Below, one piece after another: positions 17,911-27,978 of a stretch of DNA of 54,971 nt. The DNA lies in contig DASVWA010000104.1 of assembly GCA_036389855.1 (NCBI GenBank), positions 1 to 54,971 of the forward strand, written 5' to 3'. The stretch's first letter is position 1; each line of letters opens with the position of its first letter. The notes under the pieces were generated by a model, which was not told the origin of the DNA, did not search any database, and saw nothing but the letters and a program-made list of their open reading frames with translations. A program made the position numbers and the translations under genes. This DNA is from Pseudonocardiaceae bacterium (GTDB lineage Bacteria; Actinomycetota; Actinomycetes; Mycobacteriales; Pseudonocardiaceae).

Positions 17911-19300
17911 GCGTATCGCTCGCTTCCTGCGGCGGGTCCGCCGCGACGGGGTGGAGCCTGGATTGCTCGGCGTGCTGTTGGTCAGCCAGGGCTGGGGAAT
18001 CCGGCTGCGAGCGGACCCGAGAGACGAGGACGGTGGTGATGCGCAGCCGCCCACGACGGTCGTTACCGCCCTCGGCCCGCAGTCGAAGGCCGGCCACTTC
18101 GGCTTCGGTACCGGGCACCGGCACCCGACCCAGCCGCTGCGCGAGCAGCCCACCGACGGTTTCCACGTCAGTGTCCTCCAGATCCACCGCAAACAGCTCA
18201 CCCAGATCGATCACCGGCAGCCGGCTGATCACCCGCACCGTACCGTCCTCGAGGTGCTCGACCGGCGGCAGCTGCTCGGTGTCGGATTCGTCGGTGATCT
18301 CGCCGACGATCTCCTCGAGGATGTCCTCAATGGTCAACAAGCCGGCGGTGCCGCCGTACTCGTCGACGACGATGGCCATGTGATTGTGCGAGATCTGCAT
18401 CTCCTTGAGCAGGCCGGTCAGCAGCTTGGAGTCGGGCACGAACGTCGCGGGCCGCATCACCTCGCTGACCGTTCCGCCATCGGGGCCGCCTCGTGGCTCG
18501 GCGCCCTGGAGCCCGTCCACGGTCCGCGCCACCAGGTCCTTGATATGGGCGACTCCGACGATGTCATCGACGCTGTCCCCGATCACCGGAATCCGGGAGA
18601 ATCCTGAGCGCAGTGCCAGTGCCACGGCCTGGCGCACCGACTTGTCCTGCTCGATCCAGACGATCTCGGTCCGGGGCACCATCACCTCGCGGGCCACCGT
18701 GTCGCCGAGCTCGAAAACGGAGTGGATCATCTCGGCTTCACCGGCTTCGACCACGCCGTGCTCCCCCGCCATGTCCACCACCTCGCGGAGTTCGACTTCG
18801 GAGCTGAACGGCCCTTCCGGGAATCCCCGACCGGGCGTGATCGCATTACCGACCAGGATGAGCAGCCGCGACAGCGGGCCCAGGATCCGTCCCAGCGTCC
18901 GGACCGATCCGGCCACCGCCAGACCGACGCGGTAAGGATGTTGGCGTCCGATGGTTCGCGGGCCCACCCCGACGACCACATAGGTGACCACGACCATCGC
19001 CAACCCGGCCGCCAGGACCGCCAGCCAGGTCGGCTGCAATGCCCGCACCGCTGCCACGGTGACCAGCACCGTGGCAGTCAATTCGCAACTGAGCCGCAGC
19101 AGGAGCAAAAGGTTGATGTGCCGGGGCCGATCGGCAACAACCAGCGCAAGCTGACCGGCGCCAAACCGGCCCGAGCGCACCAACGCGTCGACCCGCGCCC
19201 GTGACACCGTGCCCAGAGCGGCGTCAGCTGCGGCGAAGGCTCCGGCGGCTACCACCAGGGCGGCGGCTAGCACCAGCAGCGGAAGGGACGACGTCAGCAC
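17903..19300 (-). CDS. CNNM/DUF21 transmembrane protein with CBS pair and CorC_HlyC domain (hemolysin family)
   Basis: Four N-terminal TM helices, a CBS region [15 protein letters not shown]...[20 protein letters not shown], and a C-terminal transporter-associated domain. Confidence 0.9.
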   Translation of the reverse strand: MLTSSLPLLVLAAALVVAAGAFAAADAALGTVSRARVDALVRSGRFGAGQLALVVADRPRHINLLLLLRLSCELTATVLVTVAAVRALQPTWLAVLAAGLAMVVVTYVVVGVGPRTIGRQHPYRVGLAVAGSVRTLGRILGPLSRLLILVGNAITPGRGFPEGPFSSEVELREVVDMAGEHGVVEAGEAEMIHSVFELGDTVAREVMVPRTEIVWIEQDKSVRQAVALALRSGFSRIPVIGDSVDDIVGVAHIKDLVARTVDGLQGAEPRGGPDGGTVSEVMRPATFVPDSKLLTGLLKEMQISHNHMAIVVDEYGGTAGLLTIEDILEEIVGEITDESDTEQLPPVEHLEDGTVRVISRLPVIDLGELFAVDLEDTDVETVGGLLAQRLGRVPVPGTEAEVAGLRLRAEGGNDRRGRLRITTVLVSRVRSQPDSPALADQQHAEQSRLHPVAADPPQEASDTRA

Positions 19301-19315
19301 GTCGGTGCCCGCAGG

Positions 19316-19885
19316 TCATCCAGGAGGGCCGGACTCCTCCGGCCCTTCCAGACCCACCGCTCCCAGCAGTCGAGTGTCCGCCTCCCGCTGGGCTGACCGG
19401 CGACGGCTGGCGCGTGCGGCGCGTCGGAACTCGTCGAGGATCCGGTCCTGCAAAGCGAACATCTGGCGCTCCTCGGCTGGCTCGGCGTGGTCGTAACCCA
19501 GTAGATGGAGCACGCCGTGCACGGTGAGCAGGTGCAGTTCATCGAGTACTGAGTGACCCGCTGCGGCGGCCTGCTCGGTCGCCACCTCCGGGCACAGCAC
19601 GATGTCGCCGAGCAGCGTTGGTCCGCTGACCGGGCTGTCCGGCCGCCCACCTCCGAGCAGCCCACCATCACCGGCTTCATCCATCGGGAAGGCCATCACG
19701 TCGGTAGGTCCCGGCTGGTCCATCCAGCGCTGGTGCAGATCGGCCATCACTCCGGTGCCGACCAGCAGCATCGACAGCTCGGCCAGTGGGCTGACGCCCA
19801 ACCGATCCATCGCGAAACGCGCTGCCGCCGCGAGGGATGCCTCGTGGACGGCGGTGCCTGACTCGTTGGCGATCTCGATGCCCAC
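19316..19885 (-). CDS. ybeY: rRNA maturation endoribonuclease YbeY
   Basis: [11 protein letters not shown]...[10 protein letters not shown]...[16 protein letters not shown] (zinc motif H-x3-H-x5-H). A GTG at 19885 lies just after the phoH stop. Confidence 0.9.
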   Translation of the reverse strand: MGIEIANESGTAVHEASLAAAARFAMDRLGVSPLAELSMLLVGTGVMADLHQRWMDQPGPTDVMAFPMDEAGDGGLLGGGRPDSPVSGPTLLGDIVLCPEVATEQAAAAGHSVLDELHLLTVHGVLHLLGYDHAEPAEERQMFALQDRILDEFRRAARASRRRSAQREADTRLLGAVGLEGPEESGPPG

Positions 19886-19892
19886 CGGCGGG

Positions 19893-20990
19893 TCACCGCC
19901 TCCGGCGGCGGTCGCTGCGGTTGGGCACCGGGCGTGCCCCGGTACCCTCCTGGACGGCGTCCCACCGCGCATAGGCGTCCACGATGTCGGTGACCAGCCG
20001 GTGACGGACCACATCGGCGCTGGACAGCTGTGCGAAGTGCACGTCGTCCACCCCATCGAGGATGTGCTGCACGATCCGCAGCCCCGACACCTGACCGCCC
20101 GGCAGGTCGACCTGTGTGACGTCACCGGTGACCACGACCTTGGAGCCGAAGCCCAGCCGGGTGAGGAACATCTTCATCTGCTCCGGCGTGGTGTTCTGCG
20201 CCTCGTCGAGGATGATGAACGCATCGTTGAGGGTGCGGCCACGCATGTAAGCCAGCGGGGCGACCTCGATGGTTCCGGCGGCCATCAACTTGGGGATCGA
20301 CTCCGGGTCGAGCATGTCGTGCAAAGCGTCGTACAGCGGCCGAAGGTACGGGTCGATCTTCTCGTACAGCGTGCCGGGCAGGAAACCCAACCGCTCCCCC
20401 GCCTCGACCGCCGGCCGGGTGAGGATGATCCGGTTGACCTGCTTGGCCTGCAGCGCCTGCACCGCCTTGGCCATCGCAAGGTACGTCTTGCCGGTGCCGG
20501 CAGGCCCGACGCCGAACACGATGGTGTAGTGATCGATTGCGTCGACGTAACGCTTCTGGTTCAGCGTCTTGGGCCGGATCGTGCGGCCGCGCCGGGACAG
20601 GATGTCCAGGCTGAGCACCTCGGCGGGCTCCGCCTCGCCCTGCGCGAGCATGGCCAGGGTGCGGCGGACCGCATCTGGGGCAAGCTGCTGGCCGCGGGAG
20701 GCCAGGATGAGCAGCTCCCCGAAAGCGCGTTCGGCAAAGGCCACGTCGGCCGGGGTACCGGAGAGGGTGGCCTCGTTGCCCCGCACGTGCACGTCGGCAG
20801 CCAGCAAGTCCTCGATCACCCTTAAGTTCTCGTCACGGGATCCCAGGAACGACAGCACGGCGGCATCCGGAATAACGATCTTGGACTGAACCAGTTCGGG
20901 CTGGGTGGTCGCCGAACCGGACGGGGAGGTGCCCTCCACTGGGGTAGGGGTCACGTGTGCGTGGATCCTGCTTTCTGCGCGCTCGCGCAT
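19893..20990 (-). CDS. phoH: PhoH-like ATPase
   Basis: Walker [18 protein letters not shown], Walker [10 protein letters not shown], and [12 protein letters not shown]. Confidence 0.93.
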   Translation of the reverse strand: MRERAESRIHAHVTPTPVEGTSPSGSATTQPELVQSKIVIPDAAVLSFLGSRDENLRVIEDLLAADVHVRGNEATLSGTPADVAFAERAFGELLILASRGQQLAPDAVRRTLAMLAQGEAEPAEVLSLDILSRRGRTIRPKTLNQKRYVDAIDHYTIVFGVGPAGTGKTYLAMAKAVQALQAKQVNRIILTRPAVEAGERLGFLPGTLYEKIDPYLRPLYDALHDMLDPESIPKLMAAGTIEVAPLAYMRGRTLNDAFIILDEAQNTTPEQMKMFLTRLGFGSKVVVTGDVTQVDLPGGQVSGLRIVQHILDGVDDVHFAQLSSADVVRHRLVTDIVDAYARWDAVQEGTGARPVPNRSDRRRRR

Positions 20991-21308
20991 CGGGGCGATC
21001 CGGTAAGAACGATGCTAGCCGCAGAGGGGGGGCCGCGGGGCTGCAGGCTGCCCGACCGTGCACGGAAATCGCGAGCAATTCGCAGCTGCGCGGACCGTCA
21101 ACTGACACTGGAAGGGGTCCTGCGACACCAGATGGATGGCCGCGCCGCAGCGGAAACTGGGGGCCATCCCGCTGCGGCGCGGCGCCGCCGGACCGAGGGG
21201 GGAGGTGTCCGGCGGGCTTGTCCGGGCCGGTGAGCCCGGAAGGACTTGTACCTAATCAGGTGGCCTTCCCTGGTATTTCCTACCTAAGGTAACCCTTACT
21301 TCGCGCCA

Positions 21309-22073
21309 TCACTCTATATACCACCTGAATAGCGTAGGCCAACGCCCAGAAAGTGCTCCGATTGCACTGAGCGCTACTATTCCGGCACTCGATGAACGCA
21401 ACACTTCCGGGCCCAGCCGCACCGGCCGGCCCCCCGCGGCAGTCAGTGTGGCGAGTTCCGCGTCGGTGATGCCGCCCTCGGGACCGACGACGACCACCAA
21501 TTCGCCCTCCGCAGGCAACGGCACCGCGGCCAGCGACTCGGTAGCCGCCTCGTGCAGGACCAAGCATCCCGCCGCCGTGGTGCAGCGCTGTCCGAGCCCT
21601 GTGATGCCCACCGGCTCAGCCACCTCGGGAAACCATGCCCGCCGGGCCTGTTTGGCCGCCTGTCGAGCAGTTTCCCGCCAGCGAGACAGCGCTTTGGCCG
21701 CGCGTGGCCCCTCCTCCCAGCGGGCCACGCAGCGGTTGGCCCGCCAGGGCAGTACCGCGTCCACTCCGGCCTCGGTCGCCAGCTCCACCGCCAGTTCGCC
21801 GCGTTCACCTTTGATCAGCGCCTGGGCCAGCGTCACCCGCAATACCGGAGCCGGCGCGGTCTGGCGGCGCAGCACGTGCAGCCGCAGCCGGTCTCGGCCG
21901 GTCTCGAGCACCTCGCAGACGGCCACCCCACCACAGCCGTCGGTGAGCACCAGACGCTCGCCCGGGCGCAGCCGGCGCACAGTGGCGGCGTGCCTGCCCT
22001 CAGGTCCGTCCAGGACCGTCTCGGTGCCCTCAGGCGACAACTGCTCGGCGAAGAACACCGGCAGGCTACTCAC
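21309..22073 (-). CDS. rsmE: 16S rRNA (uracil1498-N3)-methyltransferase
   Basis: PVFFAE...GPEGRHAATVRRLRPGERLVLTDG...VVVGPEGGITDAE...RLGPEVLRSSSAG. The last roughly 35 codons have atypically low GC3. Confidence 0.88.
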   Translation of the reverse strand: MSSLPVFFAEQLSPEGTETVLDGPEGRHAATVRRLRPGERLVLTDGCGGVAVCEVLETGRDRLRLHVLRRQTAPAPVLRVTLAQALIKGERGELAVELATEAGVDAVLPWRANRCVARWEEGPRAAKALSRWRETARQAAKQARRAWFPEVAEPVGITGLGQRCTTAAGCLVLHEAATESLAAVPLPAEGELVVVVGPEGGITDAELATLTAAGGRPVRLGPEVLRSSSAGIVALSAIGALSGRWPTLFRWYIE

Positions 22074-22109
22074 GATACTTTCCGGCGCCCGTCAGCGTGC
22101 GGGCGTCCG

Positions 22110-23258
22110 TCAGCGTCCGCCTAGAGAGTCCCGCAGCCGGGAGAACAAGCCACCGGCGCGGCCGTTCGCCGTGAGTTCGGCCTGCTCCTCACCACGTAAC
22201 GTGGCAAGTTCACGCAACAGTTCCATCTGCCGGGAGTCCAGCCGCGTCGGGGTCACGACGTCGAGGTGGACGAAAAGATCACCACGTCCCTCGGCGCGAC
22301 CCGTACTGCGCAGCCGGGGCATCCCTCGTCCCGGCAGGGTGAGCACCGTCGCGCACTGGGTGCCCGGTTCGACCCGGACCTCCTCAGTGCCGTCGAGGGT
22401 GTCCAACGCGACGGTGGTGCCCAGCGCGGCGGAGGTCATCGGCACCCGCACCGTGCAGTGCAGATCAGCGCCATCCCGGGTGAACGTCTCGTGCGGTACC
22501 TCCTGCACTTCGACGTAGAGATCGCCAGCCGGGCCGCCACCAGGACCGATCTCGCCCTGCCCGGCCAGCCGCACCCGCATCCCGTCGGCCACTCCGGCCG
22601 GCACCTTGGCGGTGACGTTGCGACGGGCGCGGATCCGGCCGTCCCCACCACAGTGGCGGCAGGGGTCCGGGATGACCTCGCCGAAGCCGTGGCACACCGG
22701 GCACGGTCGCGAGGTCACGACCTGGCCGAGGAAGGAACGCTGTACGTTCTGTACCTCACCGGAGCCGTTACAGGTGTCGCAGGTCTGCGGCCCGGTACCG
22801 GGCGCGCAACCGGCACCGTTGCATTCGCCGCACAGCACTGCGGTGTCCACGGTGAGTTCGCGCGACGCACCGCTGGCGCACTCCTCGAGGGTGAGCTGCA
22901 GCCGGATCAACGCATCGGAACCGCTCTGTACCCGGCTGCGCGGTCCGCGCCGCCCGGGTCCGCCGGCAGCACCGAAGAAGGCGTCCATGATGTCGCCGAA
23001 ACCGAACCCGCCGAAGGGGTCACCGCCGCCGCCGCGTCCCGGCTCCAGCGGATCCCCTCCGAGGTCGACGATCTGGCGCTTCTGGGGGTCGGTCAGCACC
23101 TCGTAGGCAGCGGTGACGTCCTGGAAACGCTGCTGGGCTCGCGCATCGGGGTTGACATCGGGATGCAACTCACGAGCCAGCTTGCGGTACGCACGTTTGA
23201 TCTGCTCCACGTTGGCATTCCTCGGCACGCCCAGGATTGCGTAGTAGTCCTTGGCCAC
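22110..23258 (-). CDS. dnaJ: Molecular chaperone DnaJ
   Basis: J domain [34 protein letters not shown], a G-rich linker, and four CxxCxGxG zinc motifs. Confidence 0.96.
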   Translation of the reverse strand: MAKDYYAILGVPRNANVEQIKRAYRKLARELHPDVNPDARAQQRFQDVTAAYEVLTDPQKRQIVDLGGDPLEPGRGGGGDPFGGFGFGDIMDAFFGAAGGPGRRGPRSRVQSGSDALIRLQLTLEECASGASRELTVDTAVLCGECNGAGCAPGTGPQTCDTCNGSGEVQNVQRSFLGQVVTSRPCPVCHGFGEVIPDPCRHCGGDGRIRARRNVTAKVPAGVADGMRVRLAGQGEIGPGGGPAGDLYVEVQEVPHETFTRDGADLHCTVRVPMTSAALGTTVALDTLDGTEEVRVEPGTQCATVLTLPGRGMPRLRSTGRAEGRGDLFVHLDVVTPTRLDSRQMELLRELATLRGEEQAELTANGRAGGLFSRLRDSLGGR

Positions 23259-23323
23259 GCTGGTGTCCTCCTGTTGCAGCCTTCGCCGCGGTGCTGTCGT
23301 GCGATGTCCGTGAGCGCCAGCGC

Positions 23324-24346
23324 TCAGCGGGTGGTCAGGATCTCCCCCACGTATCGGGCTACCGCACGCACCGCTGCCATGGTGCCCGGGTAATCCATTC
23401 TGGTCGGTCCCACCACGCCCATACCTCCCAGTACCGTGCCGTGGGAGGCGTAGCCGATCGAGATCAACGATGTACTGCGCATCTCCTCGGCCTCGTTCTC
23501 CTCGCCGATCCGCACCGTGATGGTGGCTGGATCGCAGGCCGCGGCCAGCAGCTTGAGCACCACCACCTGTTCCTCCAGCGCCTCGAGCACCTGACGCAGC
23601 GAACCCGGGAAGTCAGTGGCGTTTCGAGTCAGATTAGCGGTACCGCCCAGCAGCAGCCGCTCCTCCGGATGTTCCACCAACGTCTCGATCAGAACCGTCG
23701 AAGCCCGCGTCATCGCGTCCCTGAGCTCGACCGGAGTCTGCTCGGGTAAGTCGGCCACCGCCACCGAGGCGTCTGCCAACCGGCGACCCGCCAGCGCCTG
23801 GTTGAGCAACGTCCGTAGCTGCGCCACCTGATCCTCGGAGATGACGTCACCCAGATCGAGGAGACGCTGGTCCACCCGGCCCGCGTCGGTGATGAGTACC
23901 AGCATCAACCGGGCCGGGGTCACCGCAAGCACCTCGAGGTGGCGCACCGTGGAGCGACTCAGGGTGGGGTACTGGATCACGGCCACCTGCCGGGTGAGCT
24001 GGGCCAGCAGCCGCACGCTGCGACGCAACACATCGTCGAGATCGACCGCACCGTTCAAGAACGTGTGCACTGCACGACGCTCGGCAGCCGACAACGGCTT
24101 GACTTCCGAGAGCCGATCGACGAACAGCCGGTAACCCTTGTCGGTGGGGATCCGGCCAGCGCTGGTGTGTGGTTGGGTGATGTAGCCGTCCTCCTCCAAG
24201 GCAACCATGTCGTTGCGGATGGTGGCACTGGAGACGCCGAGATTGTGGCGCTCCACCAACGATCGGGAAGCTACTGGCTCGTGGGTGGCCACATAGTCCG
24301 CGACGATCGCGCGCAGGACTTCGAACCGGCGGTCGTCTGCGTTCAC
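23324..24346 (-). CDS. hrcA: Heat-inducible transcription repressor HrcA
   Basis: [74 protein letters not shown] at 24346 is preceded by GGGAGG. Confidence 0.93.
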   Translation of the reverse strand: MNADDRRFEVLRAIVADYVATHEPVASRSLVERHNLGVSSATIRNDMVALEEDGYITQPHTSAGRIPTDKGYRLFVDRLSEVKPLSAAERRAVHTFLNGAVDLDDVLRRSVRLLAQLTRQVAVIQYPTLSRSTVRHLEVLAVTPARLMLVLITDAGRVDQRLLDLGDVISEDQVAQLRTLLNQALAGRRLADASVAVADLPEQTPVELRDAMTRASTVLIETLVEHPEERLLLGGTANLTRNATDFPGSLRQVLEALEEQVVVLKLLAAACDPATITVRIGEENEAEEMRSTSLISIGYASHGTVLGGMGVVGPTRMDYPGTMAAVRAVARYVGEILTTR

Positions 24347-24485
24347 GTCACCTCCCTGCCCCGCTGCTGGTAGTGGCCCCCCTACCAAGTCTAATGCGGA
24401 CCGGGCGCAGGCGCCGGAACCCGCCAGCACGGCCCGATACCCTAAAGTGCTCCCGCCGAGTCGAGACGCCAGTAAGGGGGGGCCT

Positions 24486-24791
24486 GTGATCTTCAAGAAT
24501 ATCCAGCAGGGCCGCCCTTACCCCGACCACGGGCTGTCCGCCAAGGACTGGGCGCAGATCCCACCGCACCAGGTGCAGTTGGCGGAGCTGATCACCACCG
24601 CCACAGTGGTGGAGCTGGATCGGCTGCTGTCCGAGGATTCCACGTCGTTGGGTGATCTGTTCCCGCACGCCGTGCAGTGGGGCGGCGAGCTGTTTCTTGA
24701 GGACGGCCTACACCGCGCTCTACGCGCCGCCCTCCAACAACGCACTGCCCTGCACGTCCGAGTTCTCGACCTAGACCTCCTCCGCCGCTGA
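24486..24791 (+). CDS. Conserved hypothetical protein, possibly ParB/Srx-like (DGxHR motif)
   Basis: [22 protein letters not shown]...[21 protein letters not shown] at 24486 follows a G-rich RBS. It is divergent from hrcA, as is a roughly 105-aa hypothetical gene in mycobacteria. Confidence 0.5.
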   Translation: MIFKNIQQGRPYPDHGLSAKDWAQIPPHQVQLAELITTATVVELDRLLSEDSTSLGDLFPHAVQWGGELFLEDGLHRALRAALQQRTALHVRVLDLDLLRR

Positions 24792-24806
24792 CCGTGACGG
24801 TGCTTA

Positions 24807-24830
24807 CCGCATTCAGCGGGCTGATTGCGG
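24807..24830. terminator. Short hairpin between convergent genes (hemW / 24486-24791 ORF)
   Basis: CCGCATTCAGC-GG-GCTGATTGCGG, with imperfect 11-nt arms. It overlaps the hemW stop. Confidence 0.3.
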
Positions 24831-26042
24831 TTCGGGGAGGGGAGCAAGCAGGTCGCGCACCACGGCGTCGGCGAGTAGGCGGCCGCGGCGGGTGAGCATC
24901 AGGCGGTCGCCGGAAGTAATGATGAGCAAGCCCTCGGTGGCCGCGCGCTTGGCGGCGGCGCGCTCAGGCGCGTCCAGGACGTCCAGTGGCAGTCCGTCGG
25001 CCAGCCGCAGTCCGAGCATGACCCGCTCGGTGTGCTGTTCCCCTACGCTGAGCAGCTCCCGGCCCGCCGCCGGGGAGCGACCTGAGGCCAGCGCAGCGGC
25101 GTAGCGCGCCGGGTGCTTGACGTTCCACCACCGCACCCCACCGACATGCGAATGCGCCCCCGGTCCGGCGCCCCACCAGTTTCCGCCGCCCCAATAGCCC
25201 ATGTTGTGCCGGCACCGGGATTCGGCGTCGATGGCCCAGTTGGACACCTCATACCAGTGCAGTCCAGCCGCCACCAGTGCCGCGTCAAGCTGCTCGTACC
25301 GTTCGGCGAGCACGTCGTCGTCGGGCGCCGGCAGCTCACCGCGAGCCACCCGGCGGGCCAGTGCGGTGCCTGGCTCGACGACCAAGGCGTAGGCCGACAC
25401 GTGATCGACTCCGGCAGCGAGTACCGCCTCCACGGAGGCGGCCAAGTCATCGCGGGTCTCTCCCGGCGTGCCATAGATGAGGTCCAGGCTGACCTGCTTG
25501 ATTCCGGCGACCCGGGCCTGGGCCGCTGCGGCCACCGGCCGGCCGGGAGTGTGCACCCGATCCAGCATGGCCAGCACGTGCGGCGCGGCGCTCTGCATTC
25601 CCAGTGAGACGCGGGTGTAGCCGGCCGTGGCGATCCCAGCGAAGAAGTCCGGCGACGTGGATTCGGGGTTGGCCTCGGTGGTGACCTCGGCGTCGGGGGC
25701 TAAGCCGAGCGATCCGCGGACGGCGTCGAGCACCGCGGCCAGACCTCCTGCGCCGAGCAGCGACGGGGTGCCGCCGCCGACGAACACCGTGTCAGCCGGC
25801 CTCGGAGTCTCCAGTACCGCAGCCGCCACATCCAGCTCACGGCGCAGCGCGTCCATCCAGGTAGACGGCGACAAAGCCAGCTCACCAGGGGTGTATGTGT
25901 TGAAATCACAGTAGCCGCAGCGGGTGGCGCAGAACGGCACATGCACGTACACCCCGAATGGTCGGTCCGCCAGCCCGCGCAGGGCCGCAGCGGGCAAGGT
26001 TCCGTCCGGCGGGGCGGGGTCATCGGCGGGCAGGACAGCCAC
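24813..26042 (-). CDS. hemW: Radical SAM heme chaperone HemW (oxygen-independent coproporphyrinogen oxidase-like)
   Basis: VYVHVPFCATRCGYCDFNTY, the CxxxCxxC radical SAM motif. A GTG at 26042 gives 409 aa. The upstream 470 nt of the maximal ORF is antisense to the enoyl-CoA hydratase gene. Confidence 0.9.
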   Translation of the reverse strand: MAVLPADDPAPPDGTLPAAALRGLADRPFGVYVHVPFCATRCGYCDFNTYTPGELALSPSTWMDALRRELDVAAAVLETPRPADTVFVGGGTPSLLGAGGLAAVLDAVRGSLGLAPDAEVTTEANPESTSPDFFAGIATAGYTRVSLGMQSAAPHVLAMLDRVHTPGRPVAAAAQARVAGIKQVSLDLIYGTPGETRDDLAASVEAVLAAGVDHVSAYALVVEPGTALARRVARGELPAPDDDVLAERYEQLDAALVAAGLHWYEVSNWAIDAESRCRHNMGYWGGGNWWGAGPGAHSHVGGVRWWNVKHPARYAAALASGRSPAAGRELLSVGEQHTERVMLGLRLADGLPLDVLDAPERAAAKRAATEGLLIITSGDRLMLTRRGRLLADAVVRDLLAPLPEPQSAR

Positions 26043-26162
26043 GTGAGCATTGTCCCAACACCCGAACGCGGGTGGTTCGCACGGGGATGGTGCAACCTGG
26101 TGAGGACGCCGGAGCGGAGCGTCCACGTGTCGCTCATCTCCCGCCGAACTACGGTCGGCCCC

Positions 26163-26909
26163 ATGACCACTGAGCTGGTGCATCTCACCGTGCAGTCCGG
26201 GATCGCCACCGTCACGCTGGACTCCCCCGCCAACCGCAACGCGCTGTCCAGGCAGCTGCAAGCCGAACTGCACGACGCCCTGGAGCGCAGCGCCGGGGAT
26301 GACTCGGTGCGGGCGGTGGTGCTCGACCACACCGGGCCGGTGTTCTGCGCCGGGATGGACCTCACCGAGCCTCGGGAGGCCATCAACAAGTTCCCCCGCA
26401 TCCTGGAACGGATCTGCACACACCCGAAACCAGTGGTCGCCAAGCTGGCCGGGCCGGCCCGAGCGGGTGGCGTCGGCATCGTTGCAGCCGCCGACATCGC
26501 CATCGCCGCACACGACGTCACCTTCGCGTTCACCGAGGTGCGCCTCGGTGTGGTGCCCGCGGTGATCTTGGTGACCGTGCTGCCCCGGCTGTCACCGCAC
26601 GCGGCACACGAGCTGTTGCTCACCGGGGAGACCTTCGACGCCAGGCGGGCGGTCGCCGTCGGCCTGCTCAACAGCGCGGTACCGGCCGAGCAGCTCGACG
26701 CCGAGGTGGACCGCTTCACCGGAATGCTCATCAAGGGCGGCCCCGAGGCACTGGCCATGACCAAGCAGTTGCTCCGCACGCGAAGGATCAGCCAGGACTT
26801 CGCGGCGATGCTCGAATTGTCCGCCGAGCGGTTCGCCTCCGCGGAGGGCCAAGAAGGCATCCGCGCCTTCGCCGAGAAGCGTCCAGCATCCTGGATTCCG
26901 CCCGGCTGA
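26163..26909 (+). CDS. Enoyl-CoA hydratase/isomerase (crotonase) family protein
   Basis: LDSPANRNALS...VFCAGMDL...VVAKLAGPARAGGVGIVAAADIAIA...EGQEGIRAFAEKR. Confidence 0.88.
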   Translation: MTTELVHLTVQSGIATVTLDSPANRNALSRQLQAELHDALERSAGDDSVRAVVLDHTGPVFCAGMDLTEPREAINKFPRILERICTHPKPVVAKLAGPARAGGVGIVAAADIAIAAHDVTFAFTEVRLGVVPAVILVTVLPRLSPHAAHELLLTGETFDARRAVAVGLLNSAVPAEQLDAEVDRFTGMLIKGGPEALAMTKQLLRTRRISQDFAAMLELSAERFASAEGQEGIRAFAEKRPASWIPPG

Positions 26910-27263
26910 TCACGCCTCGGCGAGAACCACGGATAGCGGCCGGCCCTCGCTGGCCGTGGCCGCCTCGTCGAGCACCGCGAGCACAGCCCGGTATCCCTCG
27001 GGATCGGCAGCCTCGAGCTGCCGGTGGCCGGCCCAGACCAACACGTGCTCACCGCGAGGTTGCCAGGACAGGTCAACGAGGCAGTCGTACAGCGCATCGA
27101 GGTTGCGGCCGTACCAGTCCGGAAAGCTCAGGGCGACGCCGATCGCATCCAAGGCATGGACCTTGCTGGTCACCGGGCCCACCAGATGCGCCAGGGCACC
27201 TCGTCCCCGGGCTTCGGCGAGCGCACGAGCCGCATCCGGGACATAGTGCAACACGCGCCTCAC
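26910..27263 (-). CDS. Barstar-family ribonuclease inhibitor
   Basis: LSFPDWYGRNLDALYDCLVDLSW, the barstar signature. Its start overlaps the RNase stop by 4 nt. Confidence 0.85.
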   Translation of the reverse strand: MRRVLHYVPDAARALAEARGRGALAHLVGPVTSKVHALDAIGVALSFPDWYGRNLDALYDCLVDLSWQPRGEHVLVWAGHRQLEAADPEGYRAVLAVLDEAATASEGRPLSVVLAEA

Positions 27264-27676
27264 CGCCGAGGGTTGACCACGACGAAAGACGCGTAGTGGT
27301 CGCCGGTGTAGTACAGCTCGGTGGCACCACCGGTGACCAGGCGCCGAGGGCCCCGATCGGACTCGCCTGGTGTCGGGACGGTGTACTCCCGGTAGAAGCC
27401 GGGCCGCTGCTTCGGCAACCGCTGCTCCCGGTTGCCGAACACCGTCCCGTCCTGCCGGTAAGGGAACGGACCGCCGTGCTGGATCAGCTGCCAGACCTCG
27501 CCAGCCTGTGGTGGTAGCTGCGACAGACCCTGTACCGGCAGGTCAACCGCGGAGGCCACCGCCGCCGGACGGTCACCGCTGGGCGGGCTGGACAGCGCCT
27601 GGCGACCGAACCAGACGCCGGTCACCAGAACGAGCAACCCAATCAGTGCAGCGCTGACCCGCCGGCGGGAATTCAT
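27260..27676 (-). CDS. Secreted guanyl-specific ribonuclease (RNase Sa / N1-T1 microbial RNase family)
   Basis: Signal peptide MNSRRRVSAALIGLLVLVTGVWF, and catalytic region GGPFPYRQDGTVFGNREQRLP...YREYTVPTPG...RGPRRLVTG...YYTGDHYASF. Confidence 0.88.
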   Translation of the reverse strand: MNSRRRVSAALIGLLVLVTGVWFGRQALSSPPSGDRPAAVASAVDLPVQGLSQLPPQAGEVWQLIQHGGPFPYRQDGTVFGNREQRLPKQRPGFYREYTVPTPGESDRGPRRLVTGGATELYYTGDHYASFVVVNPRR

Positions 27677-27966
27677 CGCGGCTCCTGCGCATCCTTTGCG
27701 TCAGCGGCTGCATCGAAGGCTGCGGCGCCCGGTGACGAGCGATGGCCGAGCCGTTCGAAGACCAGGCCGAATACCCGGTCGATGACCCGAGCCGTCCCCC
27801 AGCAGACCGGCAGTAGCACCACCATGAGAATGGCCACCTGCAGCGGGAGCGCTAGCCGGGTGAGCCACAGCTCCACCCCATCCCACCAGCGGATCACCGC
27901 GTCCCACCCCGCCCACAGCACGACCGCAGGGTAGCTCGCCTGGCGGAGCTCGCCGACGGCCGGCAT
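27673..27966 (-). CDS. Small single-TM membrane protein of unknown function, coupled to the RNase gene
   Basis: An ATG at 27966 gives 97 aa with TM LALPLQVAILMVVLLPVCWG and an acidic/Ala-rich tail. Its stop overlaps the RNase start (ATGA). The start codon is uncertain. Confidence 0.45.
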   Translation of the reverse strand: MPAVGELRQASYPAVVLWAGWDAVIRWWDGVELWLTRLALPLQVAILMVVLLPVCWGTARVIDRVFGLVFERLGHRSSPGAAAFDAAADAKDAQEPR

Positions 27967-27978
27967 TAGGTTGGGCGC

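Noticed and set aside
6981-24830. Shared GCATTCAG / CCGCATTCAGCGGGCT motif in the three gene-end hairpins (6971-7016, 15706-15771, 24807-24830), suggesting a REP-like repeat family
   Set aside because: The longest exact match is 16 nt, between the recO and hemW hairpins. At this GC content and window size a few 16-mers are expected by chance. The first hairpin shares only an 8-mer. This is insufficient without genome-wide copy counts.
25700-27097. 465-aa minus-strand ORF, plus the 566-aa maximal ORF at 24813-26513
   Set aside because: These are out-of-frame or antisense overlaps of hemW, the enoyl-CoA hydratase gene and barstar. hemW homology begins only at the GTG at 26042, and the remainder is shadow ORF.
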